From: Fibrobacteria bacterium
GTDB lineage: Bacteria > Fibrobacterota > Fibrobacteria > UBA11236
DNA: 14,372 nucleotides
Reading direction: 5' to 3'
Assembly (NCBI GenBank): GCA_043745805.1
Contig: JAYTSD010000007.1
Coordinates: 1-14,372, forward strand
A program made the position numbers and the translations under genes. The notes under the pieces are model-generated. The model had not been told where the DNA came from. It worked only from the letters and a program-made list of their open reading frames with translations, and did not search any database. This document shows positions 8,147-14,372 of this stretch, piece by piece (within the stretch, counting starts at the first letter, position 1; the number at the start of each line of letters is the position of its first letter).

Positions 8147-10012
8147 TTATTTGCTGTTCTTTAAAATTTGAAATCCCTCGACAATTGATTTTATCGTTTT
8201 AATATTTCCGTGTTCAGAATCAATTTCTTTCAGCAATCGTTTTCGATATGTTAAAAAATCGCTTGCTTCTGCAACATCTATTTCTGTTTTTAACCATTCT
8301 TGTAAAGCCTTTTTAGCATTCATACCCGATTCAACATCACTTGTCCAAGTAGGTTTTCCTGGAAATTTAGAAGCAAGGATTATAGTTTCTTCGGGTATAT
8401 TTCCCGGTAAGAAGCGAAAGAAGTCGTTTAAATATTGCAGGTAATTCTTTTTCTCATTATTCAGTTGACTTATTTTATCAGAGCCACTATTAGCAGCAAA
8501 CTGTAATTCTGAAATATTAATACCGGTACAGGAAGTTATTTCATCATTAAGTTGAGATTCACCAATTTGTCCGATATCAATAGGTAATTTTCGTTTTTCA
8601 TCTCCATCTAAAATAAAGAATAGATTTTTTTCTTTCACTCGCGAAAGCGCAACCGCTTCTTTAAAAATATCTTTCGCTCCACCAAGATGAAAATCCACTT
8701 CATACAAATCAGACCAATGTTCATTAAGTGAAATTACCTTATTCACCAATTGTTTTGCAGCTTCATCTTCAACAATGATTCTGATTTTATTGGTAATTGT
8801 GTGTCCAATATGAGAGAATGCCAAAGATGGAAGTGTTTTTGGATATACTTTGAAGTAACCTTCCGGTGTCGGTGAAAATAATTTTATAGCTACTTCAGGT
8901 AAAGTTTCTATTAAGGTGGGACTATGAGTACATAAAATAATTTGGTGTTTTTTTTTGTAAATTTCATCCAATAAAAATTTCAACATTCTTTTTTGGGCAC
9001 CTGGATGTAAAGAAACTTCTGGTTCATCAAGAAGAATCAAAGAGTTTGGAGGTGCATTAATAACTTGATGCACAAGAATTACTATGGAAATTTCACCACT
9101 ACCAGCATACGCTTCGGTATAATTTAATTCGCTAGAATCCGTGCGTTTCGACTCAAAACGTACGGATAATCCATTTTGTTTATATAGTGAATGACGGACG
9201 ATTTTAGCACTATCATATTTTTTTCCGGTGATATTACAAATTGCATCAATTTCGGGCTTTGATAAAAGATCGCAAGGATCATTCAAAGAACGTTTTCGTC
9301 CATTACCATTTCTAATTTTACGGAAATGAGATTTAACACTTCCGTCGAATAATTGCTGTAGCTTTGCAGAATAATGACGCAAATAATCTTGTTTACTCTT
9401 AAATCTTGGTGAATTGGGTTCATCTTCAAAGTAAAAATATTTGTCGAATGCACTTAATTCAGATCTAAAATCTAAATAAAGCACATCCTTCTTTAGTATC
9501 TCCCACCTTGTGGCTTCCCGACCGGGAGCACTTATACCTTTAGGAAGCTCCTCGAAAGCATCCATTCCATATTTATCGCCAGGACGAGCAGGCTCCCAGT
9601 AATCAGGATTAATTTTAAAAGTCCCATCAGATTGTTTTTTTCTAAACTGACTACGATACTTCAAAATCTGAACGTCTCTATTTGCCGCAGGGTTAAAATA
9701 TTCATACCAATAACTGTTTCTCACATCATTTTTTTCTTCGACAATTGGATCGGTATGGGTATTAAACCAATAGTCCCCTGTCGATTTGCCTGATGGACAT
9801 CCAAACAAAGCTTGAAGCGCAGAGCTTTTTCCGCACCCATTTTGCCCGACGAAGACAGTTAGGGGGAAATCAAATTTAATTTCAGTTTTAGCCTCTAAAT
9901 TTTTATAGAAAGGAAAATGAATTTTCTTAATGTAGCTTGGAAAGTTCTCATTGAATGTATTGACATTTGCAAGACCTTGCAGTTTTCTAATTACTGTTTG
10001 CAATTCATTCAT
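8147..10012 (-). CDS. ABC-type (AAA_21-like) ATPase fused to a C-terminal TOPRIM-like domain; OLD-family-like ATP-dependent nuclease
   Basis: Walker A FVGQNGCGKS, degenerate ABC signature YAGSGE, Walker B/D-loop LILLDEPEVSLHP, H-loop IILCTHSP; C-terminal IRIIVEDEAAK...FHLGGA...FFILDGD matches the TOPRIM conserved Glu, glycine loop and DxD. The ATPase call is firmer than the TOPRIM call. Confidence 0.82.
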   Translation of the reverse strand: MNELQTVIRKLQGLANVNTFNENFPSYIKKIHFPFYKNLEAKTEIKFDFPLTVFVGQNGCGKSSALQALFGCPSGKSTGDYWFNTHTDPIVEEKNDVRNSYWYEYFNPAANRDVQILKYRSQFRKKQSDGTFKINPDYWEPARPGDKYGMDAFEELPKGISAPGREATRWEILKKDVLYLDFRSELSAFDKYFYFEDEPNSPRFKSKQDYLRHYSAKLQQLFDGSVKSHFRKIRNGNGRKRSLNDPCDLLSKPEIDAICNITGKKYDSAKIVRHSLYKQNGLSVRFESKRTDSSELNYTEAYAGSGEISIVILVHQVINAPPNSLILLDEPEVSLHPGAQKRMLKFLLDEIYKKKHQIILCTHSPTLIETLPEVAIKLFSPTPEGYFKVYPKTLPSLAFSHIGHTITNKIRIIVEDEAAKQLVNKVISLNEHWSDLYEVDFHLGGAKDIFKEAVALSRVKEKNLFFILDGDEKRKLPIDIGQIGESQLNDEITSCTGINISELQFAANSGSDKISQLNNEKKNYLQYLNDFFRFLPGNIPEETIILASKFPGKPTWTSDVESGMNAKKALQEWLKTEIDVAEASDFLTYRKRLLKEIDSEHGNIKTIKSIVEGFQILKNSK

Positions 10013-11051
10013 TCAGACTTCCTCTAACAATGGATTTACCAATCGCATAAGCTAATTTGGGCGGAACGGCATTTCCTATTAATCGTGCTGCGTGTAAAAT
10101 ACTTGTCGTAACAATTTTGAATTGCTTAGGAAAACTTTGAAGACAAGCTCCTTCTCTTATTGAAAGTGCACGATTTTCTTCAGGGTGACCAAAACGACCA
10201 TTAGAAAGGCTCGTGAATCGAGTAGTAATAGTGGGTGCAGGCTTATCCCAAAACAACCTACCATATACATCACTAAATTGATTGTCTTTACCTTTGTATG
10301 CAGGAAGCTGTAATTTTTTATTCCTTTTCCATGCGGCACGAGTACCTCCATTGATAGGAGTCATTGAAATTCGTTTCAAATTCTGTTCTGAAAGAGCCGC
10401 TGCCACATGCCAACTAATACTTTTACATTTACTTCCAGCTTCAAGTGCTGGAAAGTGATTATGCTTTCCAATAACATCTCGTACACATATGCTTTTCGCG
10501 TTAGAAGGTGCTGGAATTTGAATGACTGCAACACGACTAGCAATTAGAACATATCTGTGACGATTCTGAGGTACACCATAATCATTCGCATTCACTACTT
10601 GTTCGGATATTTGGTATCCCCATTTTTGGATTGCAAGCTTAAAGTCAAGTAATGGGCTATCGGCTTTTTTTGCGATGCCCGGTACATTTTCAATAACTAA
10701 ATATCCAGGTCTAAAATGATCAATAAATTTTTGGAAATGCTCCAATAAAAATGCAGTCTTTTTTGATTTTGTTTTGTCTGATTTAATCAAACTCCAGTAT
10801 TGACAGGGACTGCAACCAATAAAAATTAATTGATCGTCGTATTTTTTAATTCCCGTTTCATTTATTAACTGAGCAGGAGAATATTTAGCTATGTCTACCT
10901 GAATGAACTTGGACTTCGAATGATTAGCTTCATAGGTGTCTTTACATAAGGGATCAATGTCAAGACCAGCTATCACATCCACGCCAGCTTGAGTAAATCC
11001 AAGTGACATTCCTCCACCACCGCAAAAAAAATCAATTGCTCTTATTGTCAT
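10005..11051 (-). CDS. DNA (cytosine-5)-methyltransferase, ~348 aa; probable start is the ATG at 11051 (MTIRAIDFFCGGGG), not 11159
   Basis: Motif I IDFFCGGGG, IV GCSPCQ (catalytic PC), VI IENVPG, VIII YGVPQNRHR, IX LSIREGACLQSFP, X IGNAVPP. The 36-aa extension in the ORF track overlaps the dinD remnant and lies ahead of motif I, which is normally at the extreme N-terminus. The stop overlaps the ATPase start by 8 nt (ATGAATGA). Confidence 0.93.
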   Translation of the reverse strand: MTIRAIDFFCGGGGMSLGFTQAGVDVIAGLDIDPLCKDTYEANHSKSKFIQVDIAKYSPAQLINETGIKKYDDQLIFIGCSPCQYWSLIKSDKTKSKKTAFLLEHFQKFIDHFRPGYLVIENVPGIAKKADSPLLDFKLAIQKWGYQISEQVVNANDYGVPQNRHRYVLIASRVAVIQIPAPSNAKSICVRDVIGKHNHFPALEAGSKCKSISWHVAAALSEQNLKRISMTPINGGTRAAWKRNKKLQLPAYKGKDNQFSDVYGRLFWDKPAPTITTRFTSLSNGRFGHPEENRALSIREGACLQSFPKQFKIVTTSILHAARLIGNAVPPKLAYAIGKSIVRGSLNE

Positions 11052-11109
11052 GATAGAAAGATAAAATTTAAGGTGAGTTGTGTAATAAGCATTTCCAGCT
11101 TTTGAATAA

Positions 11110-11406
11110 TTACCATGCAAAGCGAGAAAGTTGAAAATCAGAAACATCTCGTTTGCCACCTTTTCCTAATTCGATCATTTTGCCAGCATTGGCAAAATGA
11201 TGCTTAGGATCATTTCCCGATTGAACACACGATTCTTTAGCCCTTTGAATAGCCTGTTCAAAGCGCCTCCATTGGATGTATCCTAAAAGGGGTTGTAAAT
11301 CGCGAGCATCCCAATATTCAGCCCCGTGCTCATTGGTCTGTCTTAAACTTTCGAAAACAAAATTACCCATGGGTGGATTGATTAATTTCTCATGATCCTT
11401 TGTCAT
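11110..11406 (-). pseudogene. dinD: Truncated DinD-like (DNA damage-inducible protein D, Bro-N-like N-terminal domain) gene, 98 aa
   Basis: FESLRQTNEHGAEYWDARDLQPLLGYIQWRRFEQAIQRAKESC..SG....HHF....KMIELGKGGKRDVSDFQLSRFA matches the DinD N-terminus. It stops (TGG TAA) where DinD proteins continue CYLI.QNGDP.K; full-length DinD is about 270-280 aa. ATG at 11406 with AAAGGA RBS upstream, just after the SNF2 stop. Confidence 0.78.
11174..11201. repeat. Perfect 12-bp inverted repeat with 4-nt spacer inside the dinD remnant
   Basis: ATCATTTTGCCA-GCAT-TGGCAAAATGAT; falls in the codons for HHFANAGKMI. Confidence 0.85.
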
Positions 11407-11423
11407 TTTTGTTAGTCCTTTCT

Positions 11424-14288
11424 TCAAACCAGCACCCATCGGAAACAAAATAGTGTTGATAAATTTGCCCTCTGCAGCAGCTTCGCTTCAATATCCGTAA
11501 TCAGCTTATCCCTTTTTGCATCAATATCATCATGCGCCACAAATATTGCTTTTCGTTTCGTATTACGTTGAAGCTCCAAAGCCTTTGTAAGTTTTTGTCC
11601 CGCTAACTTTTCTTGAAGAGTAGTTCTCGTTTTCGAAGCTCGATTAGCTTCGCGAATTTGCCTATCCATTTCTTTAATTTCTCGTTCTAAACCGGATTTT
11701 AAATCTTCAGCCCATCCATCTAGCTTGTCTGCTTCAGTGTCGAAAATAATCGCATTGCGCTCGAAAATAGTTTGTTGAATCGTTACTTGCTTTTCAGAAG
11801 CTGAAAGTTGTAGCTTTTTGTAAATATCCGCTTCTATAGAAATGGGGTTCTTTAATGTGCCAGGGATAGTTAGAAATCTACGCGCTGTTTCTTCATCAAG
11901 TATCTCTCCATTATCGGTTAAAGCTGTGAAAATTAAATGGTCTTCGCCTTCATCAAATGATTCAACTGTAAGTAGATTAAGAACTAGCCAACCAGAATTA
12001 TTTCGCAAAGATTCTAAAGCGCTAATTTTGCCTTCATGTTCTTCATAACGAAAAACAATTTCAACCGATGGTAATTCACGACTTTTTGCTTGTTCAAGAA
12101 CTTTTTCAGCAAGAGGATGATTGAGTCGATAAAGATTAGCATCATCAGTTCGTCTTGGAAGTTCATAAAGACCTAGTGGAATATTCTTATCAGTTTCAAA
12201 AGGAGAAGATTTTAATTGAAAAGAACCATCGCTTAAAATTTCAACATGATTATTCAATTCATGTTGAGTAAGTTGCATCAGTAATTTGTCAAAACGACTA
12301 AGACTTGCTCTGGAAGCTTGATCTCGCATCTTAAGTTTTTCGCGAACTTCATCATCGAAGTTTTCCAGCAAGCGTTGCTGAGTATTCGACATGGATTGGT
12401 TGATTTCTCCATCCATTTCTTTTTGTAACTCATCAAAGGCAGCTTGAATTTCCGAATGTTGGCGATATTGTTGATAAATATTGCCTATACGCTTCTCGAA
12501 ATCAACACCTGACTCAATAATGCCAAGCACTTCATCGCTGGCCCCAAACATACCTTCAAACAATTTGAATTTTTGAGAGAGCAATTGGAAAACTCTTTGG
12601 TCTGCCGCGTTTTTGCTATTCAAAAAATTAACGACCACAACATCGTGCTTTTGTCCATAACGATGACAACGCCCAATGCGCTGTTCTATACGTTGCGGAT
12701 TCCAAGGTAAGTCATAGTTTACCACTAAGGAACAAAATTGAAGGTTAATGCCTTCAGCTCCTGCTTCCGTGGCGATCATAATTTTGCCTTCTTCGCGGAA
12801 ATAATCCACTAATGCAGAACGCATATCCGCTGTTTTTGAACCCGTAACACGATCGCTACCTTGATGAAGCTCCAACCAAGCTTTATAAATATTTTTAGAA
12901 CTCTCATCGACATTCGTACCATTAAAAAGCACGATTCCCTCTGCAAAATTGCTATCTGCCAATAAACGCAGTAAATAACTTTGAGTACGACGAGACTCTG
13001 TAAAAATAATAGCCTTAGGAGCAGCACCAATCTCAAGCGCTTTAGCAAACGCGATCTGTAAAGCTTTTAATAAGGCCTTTCCTTTTGAATTTTGCTCTAT
13101 CGAAGTGGCTAATTTGGAAAATGATTCCAAGTCAGCAATTTCTTCTGCAATGGCTATTCTATCCATATTGGATAAAGGTTCAGCAACGGGATCTTCCGGC
13201 CATTCTTCGGCGGTTTCCTCCAGACTTTCATAATCCTTCAAATCATCTTCATTCAATTCTAGGGATGGCTTTACATCGAGTTTAGCCTTAAGGCGTTCAG
13301 CCATAGTGGTGAGAGCACTAGCAATGGCAAATGTAGAAGAAGCAAGAAGTTTGCGCAAAACTAAGGTGATAAGGGTACGTTGACCGGCTGGCAAAGCAAA
13401 AATATTCGGACGGCTCAAATAATTAGAAACTAAATTGTAAAGGCGATTTTCATTTTCGTCTGGAGAAAATTCCTCTACTATCGAAATACGTTTAGTGTAA
13501 GGAACATAAGCCATAACTTGTCTACGTAGGGTGCGATGACAAATAGGTTTTAAGCGATTTTTAAGAATATGAAATGTCTGTTCTCGATCTAAATTTGAAA
13601 ACTGCTCCTTAAAACTTTTTAAATCTCCAAAAATATGATCGTCGATGAAACTGATTAAACCATAAAGTTCTAGTAAAGAGTTTTGCAAAGGGGTTGCAGT
13701 GAGAAGTAACTTAAACTTTTCTCCCAAAGCTAGTTTCAAAGTATTAGCCATGACATTGGATGTTTTATAAACATTCCTTAATCTATGGGCTTCATCCAGC
13801 ACCACCAAATCCCACGGGATGTTTTGAATTTCAGCCGCTTTACTGCGGGCGAATTGATAGGAACAAATTATTACCGAATCTTTTACTAAAAAAGGCTGAA
13901 TATTTTTTTGTTTAATGGCTTCTTTATAAGAACGCGTTTCTAAAATGACACTTTGAAGAAAAAACTTTTCACTTAACTCTTGATGCCATTGCTTACGAAG
14001 GTTTGAGGGGGTAACAATCAGAATACGTCTTTTTCTCTCAGCCCATTTTTGCGAAATGACCAAACCCGCTTCAATGGTTTTGCCTAACCCCACTTCATCT
14101 GCTAATATTGCACCTTTCGATAAGGGGGATTGAAATGCGAAAAGCGCAGCATCCACTTGATGTGGATTCAGATCAACCTTAGCACTCGCTACGGTTCCTG
14201 CAAGTTTGTCTATGGAATTCGTAGAATAACGTTTGGTTAATTCAAACGCAAAATATTTAGCATGATAATCGGTTTGTAATCCCCCCAT
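11424..14288 (-). CDS. SNF2-family (RapA/HepA-like) helicase/translocase associated with the type III R-M locus
   Basis: DLNPHQ, ILADEVGLGKTIEAG (Walker A), VVLDEAHRL (Walker B), LLLTATPLQN, IIFTESRRTQ, ATEAGAEGINLQ, NYDLPWNPQRIEQRIGRCHRYGQ (motifs V/VI); long helical, coiled-coil-like C-terminus. Confidence 0.9.
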   Translation of the reverse strand: MGGLQTDYHAKYFAFELTKRYSTNSIDKLAGTVASAKVDLNPHQVDAALFAFQSPLSKGAILADEVGLGKTIEAGLVISQKWAERKRRILIVTPSNLRKQWHQELSEKFFLQSVILETRSYKEAIKQKNIQPFLVKDSVIICSYQFARSKAAEIQNIPWDLVVLDEAHRLRNVYKTSNVMANTLKLALGEKFKLLLTATPLQNSLLELYGLISFIDDHIFGDLKSFKEQFSNLDREQTFHILKNRLKPICHRTLRRQVMAYVPYTKRISIVEEFSPDENENRLYNLVSNYLSRPNIFALPAGQRTLITLVLRKLLASSTFAIASALTTMAERLKAKLDVKPSLELNEDDLKDYESLEETAEEWPEDPVAEPLSNMDRIAIAEEIADLESFSKLATSIEQNSKGKALLKALQIAFAKALEIGAAPKAIIFTESRRTQSYLLRLLADSNFAEGIVLFNGTNVDESSKNIYKAWLELHQGSDRVTGSKTADMRSALVDYFREEGKIMIATEAGAEGINLQFCSLVVNYDLPWNPQRIEQRIGRCHRYGQKHDVVVVNFLNSKNAADQRVFQLLSQKFKLFEGMFGASDEVLGIIESGVDFEKRIGNIYQQYRQHSEIQAAFDELQKEMDGEINQSMSNTQQRLLENFDDEVREKLKMRDQASRASLSRFDKLLMQLTQHELNNHVEILSDGSFQLKSSPFETDKNIPLGLYELPRRTDDANLYRLNHPLAEKVLEQAKSRELPSVEIVFRYEEHEGKISALESLRNNSGWLVLNLLTVESFDEGEDHLIFTALTDNGEILDEETARRFLTIPGTLKNPISIEADIYKKLQLSASEKQVTIQQTIFERNAIIFDTEADKLDGWAEDLKSGLEREIKEMDRQIREANRASKTRTTLQEKLAGQKLTKALELQRNTKRKAIFVAHDDIDAKRDKLITDIEAKLLQRANLSTLFCFRWVLV

Positions 14289-14372
14289 TTAGGGCTGTTG
14301 ATTTAAGTAGAGGTTAATTGGCCATCAACATTTTTCTGGGTGGAATTCCTCCAATAGCCATATTTGGTCTTT

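Noticed and set aside
102-10012. Gabija (ATPase-TOPRIM plus SF1 helicase)
   Set aside because: The helicase is Pif1/SF1B-type rather than UvrD-like GajB and lies over 6 kb and four genes away; the ATPase-TOPRIM gene is coupled to the C5 MTase instead.
6481-11051. Phase-variable simple repeats in the MTase genes (8-nt A/T runs at 6525-6532, 6642-6649 and 11024-11031)
   Set aside because: Runs of 8 are expected in AT-rich DNA, both genes are in frame, and I saw no tetra- or pentanucleotide tracts typical of phase-variable mod genes.
11052-11159. 36-aa N-terminal extension of the C5 MTase in the ORF track
   Set aside because: It overlaps the dinD remnant and precedes motif I; the ATG at 11051 gives a typical C5 MTase N-terminus.
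11407-11448. 14-aa N-terminal extension of the dinD ORF
   Set aside because: It overlaps the SNF2 3' end; the ATG at 11406 has a good AAAGGA RBS.
137-13285. Short alternative-frame ORFs in the track (137-334, 2255-2461, 2796-3002, 4431-4655, 5089-5325, 5733-5966, 6995-7246, 7191-7418, 7485-7775, 10157-10351, 11842-12048, 12809-13048, 13085-13285)
   Set aside because: All lie within or opposite long motif-bearing genes and show no recognisable domains; treated as shadow ORFs.
2619-14288. DISARM or BREX assignment (SNF2 helicase plus adenine and cytosine MTases)
   Set aside because: No DrmA/DrmB (DUF1998)/DrmC (PLD) or PglZ/BrxC-like genes in the window; the MTase-helicase pair has type III Mod/Res motifs.
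1-14372. Mobile element (integrase, transposase, att sites) or RNA genes
   Set aside because: No recombinase or transposase ORF, terminal repeats, tRNA or rRNA recognised; the island boundaries may lie outside the window.

Overview
A co-oriented (all minus strand), tightly packed, AT-rich bacterial anti-phage/DNA-metabolism locus. In transcription order (right to left): SNF2-family helicase (954 aa), truncated dinD-like gene (98 aa), C5-cytosine DNA methyltransferase (~348 aa), ABC-ATPase-TOPRIM (OLD-like) protein (621 aa), type III R-M Mod (554 aa), YhcG/DUF1016 PD-(D/E)xK nuclease (396 aa), type III R-M Res (892 aa), PEP-CTERM surface protein (235 aa), Pif1-family helicase with an N-terminal degenerate DUF559/Vsr-like domain (576 aa), and the first 14 codons of a further gene. 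The backbone is an SNF2-Mod-Res type III restriction-modification system with cargo nested at two points. The most interesting element is the translationally coupled C5-MTase + ATPase-TOPRIM pair. It has no conventional type II endonuclease, lies directly behind the broken dinD, and is a candidate undescribed two-gene defence module. In-frame palindromes of 28-29 bp occur inside both yhcG (duplicated, with flipped cores) and dinD. All assignments come from reading motifs by eye; no database searches were run.
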